DNA of 10,392 nt from Cyanobacteria bacterium J06626_4 (GCA_038523235.1 JBCBJQ010000147.1:1-10392), one strand, 5' to 3'. Shown: positions 1 through 7,873, counted from the first letter of the stretch. The notes: generated by a model from the sequence alone, not told the origin. Numbers and translations are program-made.

Positions 1-373
1 TTCTAAATACTATGGGCAGTGATATTGAGCAGCTCATAACAAGTTGCTGCACTTGAAAAATTAGGAACGTAGCGAGTGATTTTCGGTGAGTAAGGTGTTA
101 GATGATCTTCTTTTGGTCGGTGAGTCACCGTAGGACAGGATAGTGAATCGTTGCCCATAGCACTTGTCTGATGCTCATCAGTAGAGGAGCGAGCGGCCCG
201 TAGTTCACCTAGGACAGGACAAGTCTGCAGACTCCGGCAGGTCAAATCTGACCACCGGATGTTGGCAAAAAGGAAGTTCCTGCACGTGATAGAGTTTGAT
301 GCAAAAGGCTGCGGTGCCGGTTGAAACGGCGGGTTTCTATCGTGGCTCTGTGCAAGCAAATGAGGCGGTTAGC

Positions 374-1537
374 GTGAGTCAAAAGGTTCCTATTCTCGAC
401 CTAAAGCCCCAATATCAGGTCATCAAGGCTGAGATTAAGGCGGCCATTGACCGAGTGTTAGAGTCTGGTCAATTTATCTTGGGGCCGGAAGTCCAACAGT
501 TTGAGGCTGCCGCTGCCGACTATTTAGGGGTAAAGCACGCGATCGGCGTCAACTCGGGCACGGATGCGCTGATCATTAGCCTCAGAGCCCTGGGCGTTGA
601 GCCGGGGGATGAGGTGATTACTACTCCCTTTAGCTTTTTTGCCACAGCAGAGTCAATTAGTAGCATCGGGGCAACGCCGGTTTTTGTAGATATTGAGGCG
701 GCGTCTTTTAACCTGGATCCCGCCCAAATTCGCGCTCAGATTACTGACAAAACGAAAGCTATTTTGCCCGTCCATCTGTTTGGCAACCCAGCGGCGATGG
801 CGCAAATTCAGGCGATCGCCGCCGAATATCACCTCAAGGTGTTAGAAGACTGCGCTCAATCGTTTGGGGCGGTTTACCAGGGCGACTGCATCGGCTGCCA
901 GCAGCAGTGTGATGATGATCGGCGCGATCGCCTCACTGGCCGGCGGATTGGGGCGATCGGCGATGCCGGAGCGTTCTCCTTCTTTCCCACTAAAAATCTC
1001 GGGGCCTATGGGGATGCTGGCCTGATCACGACGAACGATGATGCCGTGGCGGCGATGGCGCGTCAGCTCAGAGTCCACGGCGAGAAAAAGCGCTATCACA
1101 ACGAGATGCTGGGCTACAACTCGCGGTTAGATGCCCTGCAAGCGGCCATTTTGGGCGTCAAACTACCCTATATTGATCAGTGGAATCAGCAGCGGCGGCA
1201 GGTGGCTGAGACCTATAATCGGCTGCTAGAGCCGGTGCCAAATGTTGTCGCACCGATGATCACAGCGGGTCACGTCTTTCATCAATACACCATCAGGGTT
1301 TTAGGCCGTCAGCGGGACGCCGTCAAGGCTTATCTTGCTGACCACGGCATTGGGGCAATGATCTACTACCCCATTCCGCAAGACCGCTTACCCGTCTACG
1401 ATGGCCAGTTTGCCACTTGTGCCACGAGCGAACAGGTGGCCTCTGAAGTGCTGAGCCTGCCCATCTGGCCTGAGATTGACGAAGCGACCCAAGTCCGGGT
1501 GGTGAACACGCTGAAAGATGCGATCGCTCAGTCATAA
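374..1537 (+). CDS. DegT/DnrJ/EryC1/StrS family PLP-dependent aminotransferase (nucleotide-sugar aminotransferase)
   Basis: Family motifs NSGTDAL, GDEVITTPFSFFAT, EDCAQS (PLP-binding Asp) and SFFPTKNLGAYGDAG (Schiff-base Lys). The ORF is open from 296. The in-frame GTG at 374 (MSQKVPILDL, a typical N-terminus for the family) follows GAGG at 362-365 and is the preferred start. Confidence 0.93.
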   Translation: MSQKVPILDLKPQYQVIKAEIKAAIDRVLESGQFILGPEVQQFEAAAADYLGVKHAIGVNSGTDALIISLRALGVEPGDEVITTPFSFFATAESISSIGATPVFVDIEAASFNLDPAQIRAQITDKTKAILPVHLFGNPAAMAQIQAIAAEYHLKVLEDCAQSFGAVYQGDCIGCQQQCDDDRRDRLTGRRIGAIGDAGAFSFFPTKNLGAYGDAGLITTNDDAVAAMARQLRVHGEKKRYHNEMLGYNSRLDALQAAILGVKLPYIDQWNQQRRQVAETYNRLLEPVPNVVAPMITAGHVFHQYTIRVLGRQRDAVKAYLADHGIGAMIYYPIPQDRLPVYDGQFATCATSEQVASEVLSLPIWPEIDEATQVRVVNTLKDAIAQS

Positions 1538-1780
1538 CCATGAGCTGCAATGACAGGAATTCTGGGTTTGTTCCCGAAATTCTGACCCTTGGGTAAACCC
1601 CCACAAGCAACGCTCAATTCCTGCCTTGGCAGACTGCGTTAGGTCAACTTGCCCCATTGCCTATCGCTTTACCGCTTTGACCGATTTTTCTGAAGCAAGA
1701 GACAACTCTGGCTCCTTTGCCCCCTTAGCTCCCTTGCTTTTCTGAAATTCTATGGGGAGTCCAATCACGAAGGATCACGC

Positions 1781-2704
1781 TTACGCCTGATCGACAACCA
1801 CCTGCTGCTTTTGGGCGTCGTCCTCTAGAGTTTGAGGTGATCGCTTCCGCAACTCTTGCGCCAGGATGCCGTATTTGGGCGCGAAGATCATAGCCATCAC
1901 AAATAGCAGCGTCAAGAGCACCACGATACTGCCGCCGGTGGAGACATCAAAGTGGTAGCTTAAATAAGTGCCCATCACACAGGAAAAAACGCTGCTCGCC
2001 ACCGAGATGATCAGCATGTGATCGAAGCGATCGCTGAGCAAATAGCCAATCGACCCCGGCGTTACAAGCATCGAGATGACCAAAATAATACCCGCCGTCT
2101 GCAGGGCGGCCACAATCGTCAGGGCCAGTACTGATAGCAGCGTGTAGTACATGACCTGCGTTCGCAGCCCAATGGCCTTGGCATGGTTGGGGTCAAAGCA
2201 AAACAGTAAGAGATCTTTGCGACGCACCAAAATGACTACCAGCGTGATCACACCCGCAATTAGGGTTTGGATGATGTCTTGCGGAGAGATGCCCAATACA
2301 TTGCCAAACAGGATGTGAAACAGATTGATGTTGCTGGGGATTTTGGTGACCAAGACTAGGCCAAAGGCAAAGAAGCCCGTGAAGACAATGCCGATGACGG
2401 CGTCTTCCTTAAGCCGCGTTCTGGATTTGATATAGCCGATCGCGACGGTGGCCCCAAAGCCAAACACAAACGCCCCAATCGCAAAGGGAATGTTGAGCGC
2501 ATAGGCAATAACCACTCCTGGCACCACGGCATGGGAAATGGCATCGCCCATCAGCGACCAGCCTTTCAGCGTGATGTAGCAAGAGAGCACGGCACAGACC
2601 AGGCCCACAAAGGCACTCACCCAAATCGCCCGGACTAAAAAGCCGTATTGCAGGGGTTCTACCAGCCAGTCCCATCCGGGCAAGGCGGCGATGACAGCGC
2701 TCAT
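1781..2704 (-). CDS. mntB: Mn2+ ABC transporter permease (ABC-3/ZnuB family)
   Basis: Multi-TM hydrophobic protein with [14 protein letters not shown] and EDAVIGIVF motifs. The start is placed at ATG 2704 (MSAVIAA), which overlaps the mntA stop (ATGA overlap, 2701-2704). The longer ORF to 2851 overlaps mntA. Confidence 0.93.
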   Translation of the reverse strand: MSAVIAALPGWDWLVEPLQYGFLVRAIWVSAFVGLVCAVLSCYITLKGWSLMGDAISHAVVPGVVIAYALNIPFAIGAFVFGFGATVAIGYIKSRTRLKEDAVIGIVFTGFFAFGLVLVTKIPSNINLFHILFGNVLGISPQDIIQTLIAGVITLVVILVRRKDLLLFCFDPNHAKAIGLRTQVMYYTLLSVLALTIVAALQTAGIILVISMLVTPGSIGYLLSDRFDHMLIISVASSVFSCVMGTYLSYHFDVSTGGSIVVLLTLLFVMAMIFAPKYGILAQELRKRSPQTLEDDAQKQQVVVDQA

Positions 2705-3483
2705 GAACTGACCTCTGCCGACGGCAACATGTGCTCCAAATTCACCATGGGTAGGCCGCCAAAGGTGAGTTCTAAATTCTCTTTGGTGAAGGTTTCCTGG
2801 GTGTTGCCCTCGGCCAAAATCGTACGATTGAGCAAAATCGTGCGATCGCAAAACGTCGCGATCGAGGCCAGATCGTGGGTTGATACTAAAATCGTGTGGC
2901 CTTCATCCCGTAACTGCAGCAGCAGATCAACGATGCCCTTCTCAGTTTTGACATCGACGCCGGTAAAGGGCTCGTCCAGCAAAATCACCTTGCCTTCCTG
3001 CGCCAAAGCCCGCGCCAAAAAGGCGCGTTTCTTTTGACCGCCCGATAGCTCACCAATTTGGCGATCGCGGAACGGTACCATGCCCACTCGCTCTAGGCTT
3101 TCCATGACCAGACGGCGATCTTTGGCACGGGGCATTCGCAACAGGTTCATGTAGCCGTAGCGCCCCATCATCACCACGTCAAACACGCTCACCGGAAAGT
3201 TCCAGTCCACTTCATCGGATTGGGGAACATAGGCCATCAGCTGCTGCTTTTGTGCCTTTGGTACCGGCAAACCACCAACGCGCACCTGACCCTGACTCGG
3301 GCGCAAAAACCCCATGATCGATTTAAACAGGGTGGATTTACCACTGCCGTTAGGGCCCACGAGGGCGGTGATGGTACCGGGTTCTACGGTGCAGGTGGCG
3401 TTATACAGGGCGAGGCGAGCGTTGTTATAGGTGACGCTCACATTCTCGACCGCGATATCCAGGCGGGGCAGAGTGGCTGGCAT
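2701..3483 (-). CDS. mntA: Mn2+ ABC transporter ATP-binding subunit
   Basis: Walker A GPNGSGKS, signature LSGGQ, Walker B ILLDE, H-loop STHDL. Lies between the binding-protein and permease genes. Confidence 0.95.
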   Translation of the reverse strand: MPATLPRLDIAVENVSVTYNNARLALYNATCTVEPGTITALVGPNGSGKSTLFKSIMGFLRPSQGQVRVGGLPVPKAQKQQLMAYVPQSDEVDWNFPVSVFDVVMMGRYGYMNLLRMPRAKDRRLVMESLERVGMVPFRDRQIGELSGGQKKRAFLARALAQEGKVILLDEPFTGVDVKTEKGIVDLLLQLRDEGHTILVSTHDLASIATFCDRTILLNRTILAEGNTQETFTKENLELTFGGLPMVNLEHMLPSAEVSS

Positions 3484-3630
3484 AGTTAATCTCGTTTCTC
3501 TTGATGGAAGCTACAAACGTGGGCTCGTGGCGGGTAGAGGGTGCAGAGTAGGCGGGGGGAAGGAGGCATGGGTTGCGGTTTTTCAGGCAGGGACAAAGAG
3601 AGAAGCTAAAGGCGATAGCTGGATTTCAGA

Positions 3631-3672
3631 TGTGAATTGTGAATTCTAGGGTCTGAGTGTTGAGTATTGAAC
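3631..3672. repeat. Degenerate heptamer tandem repeat (STRR-like) in the mntC-mntA spacer
   Basis: In 7-nt register: TGTGAAT TGTGAAT TCTAGGG TCTGAGT GTTGAGT ATTGAAC. Confidence 0.5.
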
Positions 3673-3710
3673 GGGATTGTCATGCCTCACTTAAGACTCA
3701 GCGATCGCCA

Positions 3711-4724
3711 CTAATTGCCTGACTGCGTATTTGCGCCGGCCAATAGGCCGTTGCTAATGATCCGAGCGTCATATTCCAGCAGGTCGAGGAACGTCGGCAC
3801 CGGGCCTTCTTCGGTTGAGAGAGAATCGACATATAGGTTGCCGCCAAAGCGCGAGCCCGTGGTCTCGGCGACCTGCTTTTGCCCCTCATCACTCACCGTG
3901 CTTTCGCAGAAAATCGTCGGCACGTCATTGGTTTCCACCTGTTCGATCACGCTCTGGACTTGTTTAGGCGTGAACTGCTGCTCCGCGTTGATCGGCCACA
4001 TATAGATTTCTTTTAGGCCGTAGTCGCGGGCCAGGTAAGAAAAGGCTCCTTCACAGCTCACCAGAAAGCGCTGGTCGTCCGGCACCTGCTCCAGATCAGC
4101 GGCTAACTGGGCATCAATGGCGCGTAATTTTTCGCTGTAGGCAGCCGCGTTGGCGTTGTAGATATCGGCGTTCTCCGGGTCGAGTTCGACAAAGGCTTGG
4201 CGGATGTTTTCGACATACACCAGGGCATTGCGCGGTGACATCCAGGCGTGAGGGTTGGGCTTATCGGTGTACGGCCCGTCGGCAATGGGAATCGGCTCAA
4301 TGCCTTCCGTCAGCAACACTGAGGGGACATCTTCGACACTGCCTAAAAACTGCTCAAACCAGCGCTCTAAATTCATGCCGTTGTAGAGCAGCAGATCCGC
4401 CTCCTGGGCTTTGACAATGTCACTGGGGGTTGGCTCGTAACCGTGGATCTCGGCGCCCACCCGCGTAATCGATGCCACATTGAGCTGATCACCGGCCACG
4501 TTCTGGGCCATGTCAGCTAATACGGTAAACGTCGTCAAAACCGTTTTTTGGCCTTGGGTCTCTGAGTCGGTGGGGGTATCAGCCGCAACTTCTGTTGAGG
4601 CACCGTCGCTAACAGGGGCGTTATCAGATGAGACTTCTGGGGTGGCGCAGCCGGTTAGCCAAACTCCTAACGCCAGGCCAGAGGCCAGGAAAAGTCCCCG
4701 GCGATAAAAAGGGTAAAAAGACAT
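3711..4724 (-). CDS. mntC: Mn2+ ABC transporter substrate-binding lipoprotein (cluster A-I)
   Basis: Lipobox LTGC (Cys26). Metal ligands in EIHGYE (His), NPHAWMS (His), SCEGAF (Glu) and YVDSLS (Asp). The two Cys of the cyanobacterial MntC disulfide (SCEG, IFCES) are present. It closely resembles Synechocystis MntC as I recall it. Confidence 0.95.
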   Translation of the reverse strand: MSFYPFYRRGLFLASGLALGVWLTGCATPEVSSDNAPVSDGASTEVAADTPTDSETQGQKTVLTTFTVLADMAQNVAGDQLNVASITRVGAEIHGYEPTPSDIVKAQEADLLLYNGMNLERWFEQFLGSVEDVPSVLLTEGIEPIPIADGPYTDKPNPHAWMSPRNALVYVENIRQAFVELDPENADIYNANAAAYSEKLRAIDAQLAADLEQVPDDQRFLVSCEGAFSYLARDYGLKEIYMWPINAEQQFTPKQVQSVIEQVETNDVPTIFCESTVSDEGQKQVAETTGSRFGGNLYVDSLSTEEGPVPTFLDLLEYDARIISNGLLAGANTQSGN

Positions 4725-4746
4725 TGCGATAAAGTGGTGAAAGGGT

Positions 4747-4783
4747 TTTTCATAATCGTTTCATATTTCATTTTTACCTCATA
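4747..4783 (-). promoter_or_regulatory. ManR (ManS/ManR two-component system) binding boxes upstream of mntCAB
   Basis: The minus strand reads TATGAggtaaaAATGAaa then TATGAaacgatTATGAaaa: two direct-repeat pairs, each with 11-bp periodicity, 23-59 nt upstream of the mntC ATG. The proximal box fits the TATGA-N6-TATGA ManR site known from cyanobacterial mntCAB/mntH promoters. Confidence 0.8.
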
Positions 4784-4900
4784 ATTGCAGCGTATTGCCA
4801 CCCGTTACGTTTCTTCATGGTCTGAAAATGGCTGGTTGGGGGCATAGTGCTTAAGGCCCCAGAAGTGCTCTAAGCCTCGGTGCAGCTCCGCAGTCTTGTC

Positions 4901-4943
4901 CCGGCCTTAAAGCTGGCGGCTTGGCCGTCAGCTTTAAGGCCGG
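4901..4943. repeat. Near-perfect inverted repeat (20-bp arms, 3-nt loop), REP-like palindrome
   Basis: CCGGCCTTAAAGCTGGCGGC-TTG-GCCGTCAGCTTTAAGGCCGG; 19 of 20 positions are Watson-Crick complementary. No adjoining U-tract on either strand. Confidence 0.8.
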
Positions 4944-5165
4944 TGCTCTGAAAAAGACAGCAAAGCCGCCTGGCCCACTCGGTTCCCTGGCGTTGCCAAG
5001 ATTGCAGTGCAAACGACCTGGATTCGGGACGTCGCTGCACCGATGACACCTGATGCTTTTCAGGATTGGGAGGGGCGCGATCGCGCCCTGGGTCCTGGCC
5101 TGCGGATTTCGAGTACTAAGAAGGGGTAGCGGCGAGTGTTGTGTTCTCTTCCGGCGGCGGTGGCT

Positions 5166-6575
5166 TTACTTCAAGCAGGGCTGCGGTGGCGGCACCGGAG
5201 ACGATGCGGCCTTGAGCAATCGGAGAAAGCGCCAGAGATAGCCGATCGCGGCAGTGGCTAAGCCGAGGTAGGCGCCAATCCAAATGCCGACCCCGCCCAA
5301 GTGGGTGTGAAATCCCAGCCCATAGCCGGACAAGATGCCCACGCCCCAAAAGGCGAATGAGCTGATCAGCATCGGCACCCGCGTATCTTGCAAACCTTGC
5401 AAAACGCCATTAGCCGTCCGCTGTACGCCATCCACAACCTGACCAAATCCGGCCACGGTGAGCATCGCCACCCCAATCACCACCACTTGTTGATTAGCCG
5501 GGTCGTCAACGTTGAGGTAGAGGCCAATTAATACGGTGGGAAACAGGACAAACAGCACGCCGGAAACCGTCATCACCGCGATCGTCAAGGCCATGCCCAC
5601 GGCGGCGGCTCGTTTGACCCCGACCCAATCGCCCCGGCCATACCACTGCCCCACGCGTGCCGTGGCCGCGTAGGACAAGCCCAGCGGCACCATAAAGACC
5701 ACCACGATGGTTTGCAGGGCTAGCTGCTGGGCGGCCAGCACGGCGGTGCCCAGCGCCCCGACCATCAGCGTCATCACCGTGAACAGCCCATTCTCAAGGA
5801 TGGTGACGACGCCAATTGGCAACCCGAGGCTCAGCAAACGGCGTAAAGTCTGGGGCTGCCAGCGATACCAGCGATCGAACAGGTGATATGGGCGAAACAG
5901 CCCCCGGCGATGATAAATCACATAGCCCATCAGCCCGGCCCCCATCAGCAGGTGCGACAGGGCACTGGCGATCGCCAGCCCTGCCAAGCCCATGGCGGGT
6001 ACCCCCAACTTGCCAAACGCCAGCACATAATTGCCAACGACGTTGAAGAGGTTTGCCCCCACCATGATGAACAAAATTGGGCGGGCCTGCGATAAAGCGG
6101 TAACCGTGCAGCGCAGCACCCCAAACCAGAGCGCGGGCAAAAATCCCCAGCGGGCAATGTTGAGATAGGTGTGGGTGAGGGCGATCACCTCGGGGTCTTG
6201 GCCCAAGGCGGGCATCACCTGGCTGAAGTTGGCTAGCAGGGGCCAAACCGGCACCGTAATCAACAGGGCCAGCCAGAGGCCCTGACGGGTCACCTCACCC
6301 ACTCGACGGGGACGGTTGGCGCCGTAGGCTTCCGCCGCCAAAGACGTGACGCTAGAGACAATCCCGATGCCCGTCATCACACAGGCCATAAACACCATGA
6401 CGGCCAAGCCCCCGGCGGCTAGAGACGTTTGGCCCAATCGGCCCATCATCAAGGTGTCGACAAATCCTGTCATGGCTTGGGCAACTTGGGCACTGGCGAG
6501 GGGAATGCCCAGTTTGAGAAACTCTTGAACTTCGGCTTTTAACGCGGGGGAGAGGGCGGCTAATTTCATATCCAC
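5166..6575 (-). CDS. MATE family efflux transporter (NorM-like)
   Basis: About 12 hydrophobic segments in two repeats. Motifs FVDTLMMGRLG, NYVLAFGKLGVPAMGLAGLAIA, LGLPIG, ARVGQWYG and GVLQGLQDTRVPM. Acidic residues at NorM-like cation-coupling positions (VDT, ILENG, VVDG). Start is GTG 6575 or ATG 6569. Confidence 0.93.
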   Translation of the reverse strand: MDMKLAALSPALKAEVQEFLKLGIPLASAQVAQAMTGFVDTLMMGRLGQTSLAAGGLAVMVFMACVMTGIGIVSSVTSLAAEAYGANRPRRVGEVTRQGLWLALLITVPVWPLLANFSQVMPALGQDPEVIALTHTYLNIARWGFLPALWFGVLRCTVTALSQARPILFIMVGANLFNVVGNYVLAFGKLGVPAMGLAGLAIASALSHLLMGAGLMGYVIYHRRGLFRPYHLFDRWYRWQPQTLRRLLSLGLPIGVVTILENGLFTVMTLMVGALGTAVLAAQQLALQTIVVVFMVPLGLSYAATARVGQWYGRGDWVGVKRAAAVGMALTIAVMTVSGVLFVLFPTVLIGLYLNVDDPANQQVVVIGVAMLTVAGFGQVVDGVQRTANGVLQGLQDTRVPMLISSFAFWGVGILSGYGLGFHTHLGGVGIWIGAYLGLATAAIGYLWRFLRLLKAASSPVPPPQPCLK

Positions 6576-6675
6576 AACTTACCCCGAACGCGATCGCCAA
6601 GGTGGGGATATTTTTTGATGCCGGTGGGCACGGATCTTGCGGATGATCGGCTGGAATCGTGAATTGTTCAGGCGA

Positions 6676-6731
6676 TCTCCTTCACCCCACGCCGGTGAAA
6701 CCTCACTGTCTGCGGCACTTCAGTCAGGAGA
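6676..6731 (-). promoter_or_regulatory. Candidate structured cis-regulatory RNA (three-way junction) in the MATE 5' leader
   Basis: Minus strand TCTCC-tg-ACTG-aagtgccgcaga-CAGT-gaggt-TTCACC-ggcgtgg-GGTGAA-GGAGA: an outer stem enclosing two hairpins, about 100 nt upstream of the start codon. Not assigned to a known family. Confidence 0.4.
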
Positions 6732-6899
6732 GGTTGGCTAGGCGGGCCAAAACTCAGATTTGCCAGGTCGATATGGTTTAGATAAGTCGATCGCAGAGGC
6801 TCGGTCTGGTCAGTTTATGCTGGCGTTAACGAGGAGAAACGCCCTGAGGCTTTAGAGTGACAGAGACGGTTTAGCAATCAAGACAATAGAGGCAAGGGC

Positions 6900-7736
6900 G
6901 TGACCGATATTCGACTGTTAGTGCTAGATATTGACGGCACGATCGCGGGCCATGCGAATGAAGTCACCGAGGGCGTGAAGGCCGCGATCGGCGAGGTGCA
7001 GGCTCAGGGTATCCAGGTGGCGATCGCAACTGGGCGCATGTATCGCTCAGCGGTGCGGTTTCATCAGGCTGTACAGTCTCAGTTGCCACTGCTGTCTTAC
7101 CAAGGGGCGCTGATCAAAGATCCAGTCTCTGACCAGGTTTATCGCCATACGCCGCTGACGCGCGATTACACCTTGGCCCTGCTGGCCGAACTCGCCACCC
7201 TCGAAGCCGCCGAACAGCTTTCCATTCACCTATACATTGACGATCGGCTGCATGTGCGGCAAATTTTACCCGATACGCGGGAGTATGCCGAGCGGTCAGG
7301 CGTTGACCCCATTGCCGTGGGCGACCTCGCGACTTATCTGCAGCAACAAACCGAGATCGAAACCACCAAGCTACTGGCGCTGAGTCCCGATCCAACGATC
7401 GTCACTGACCTGTTGACTCGCCTCAAGCAGCTGTACGCACCCGAAGACCTCTATCTGACCCAATCCGTGGCTACCTTTTTTGAAGCCACCCACCCCCTCT
7501 CCAACAAAGGTGCTGGGGTACAGTATCTGGCGGAGGAACTGCTGGACTTAAAGCCCAATCAGGTAATGACTGTCGGTGATAACTTTAACGACTATGAAAT
7601 GATTCGCTATGCGGGCATTGGGGTCGCAATGGGAGACGCCCCGGCTGGCGTCAAAGCGATCGCCGACTGGGTGGCCCCCAGTGTTGAATCAGATGGCGTA
7701 GCGGCTGCGATCGAACACTTTTTGCTGAGTGCATAA
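6900..7736 (+). CDS. Cof-type HAD-IIB family hydrolase (phosphatase)
   Basis: HAD motif I LDIDGT, motif II ATGR, motif III Lys (SNKGAG) and motif IV GDNFND, followed by GVAMGDA. GTG start at 6900 preceded by AGAGG/AAGGG. Confidence 0.93.
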   Translation: MTDIRLLVLDIDGTIAGHANEVTEGVKAAIGEVQAQGIQVAIATGRMYRSAVRFHQAVQSQLPLLSYQGALIKDPVSDQVYRHTPLTRDYTLALLAELATLEAAEQLSIHLYIDDRLHVRQILPDTREYAERSGVDPIAVGDLATYLQQQTEIETTKLLALSPDPTIVTDLLTRLKQLYAPEDLYLTQSVATFFEATHPLSNKGAGVQYLAEELLDLKPNQVMTVGDNFNDYEMIRYAGIGVAMGDAPAGVKAIADWVAPSVESDGVAAAIEHFLLSA

Positions 7737-7804
7737 GACAGATGAAGCGGATGTCTCACGCCTAACAGCTCAAGCAAATGGTGGATGGTTGAAAACTTTT
7801 ATTT

Positions 7805-7853
7805 AAAAACAGAAAGAGCGCCGACGACTGGCCGTGTTTCGTCTCGGCGCTCT
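7805..7853 (-). terminator. Intrinsic terminator-like hairpin ending the sRNA; may also stop the convergent HAD transcript
   Basis: 10-bp perfect stem (7815-7824 with 7844-7853) followed on the minus strand by TTCTGTTTTT. Confidence 0.65.
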
Positions 7854-7873
7854 GACTGGTTCGCTCCTCACAC
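7805..7873 (-). ncRNA. yfr2: Yfr2-family (Cyano-1 motif) small RNA
   Basis: The minus strand begins GTGTGAGGAG, the Yfr2-type 5' end complementary to the Yfr1 ACUCCUCACAC motif. A short single-stranded stretch follows, then a stem (AGAGCGCCGA/TCGGCGCTCT) whose loop carries GAAACACGG (Yfr2-type GAAACA loop), then a U-rich tail. A correctly spaced promoter lies directly upstream. Confidence 0.8.

Noticed and set aside
3..359. 118-aa minus-strand ORF
   Set aside because: No recognisable domain, atypical composition, and it overlaps the probable promoter/leader of the aminotransferase.
296..373. N-terminal extension of the aminotransferase from 296
   Set aside because: Family similarity begins at about KVPILDL, and GTG 374 has a well-placed GAGG.
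1554..1747. Intrinsic terminator between the convergent aminotransferase and mntB genes
   Set aside because: Only imperfect or short hairpins are present (1554-1584, CTGCCTTGGCAG at 1621-1632), plus a degenerate pyrimidine-rich repeat (1712-1736). None has a convincing stem plus U-tract.
2705..2851. 49-aa N-terminal extension of MntB
   Set aside because: It overlaps the mntA coding region. ATG 2704 gives a typical coupled ATGA junction.
6576..6899. yybP-ykoY (Mn), cobalamin, FMN or guanidine-I/II/III riboswitch, or hammerhead ribozyme, in the MATE leader
   Set aside because: Only fragments resemble these families (CCGGTGAAA, AGTCAGGAGA, CTGA). The required core motifs, order and orientation are missing.
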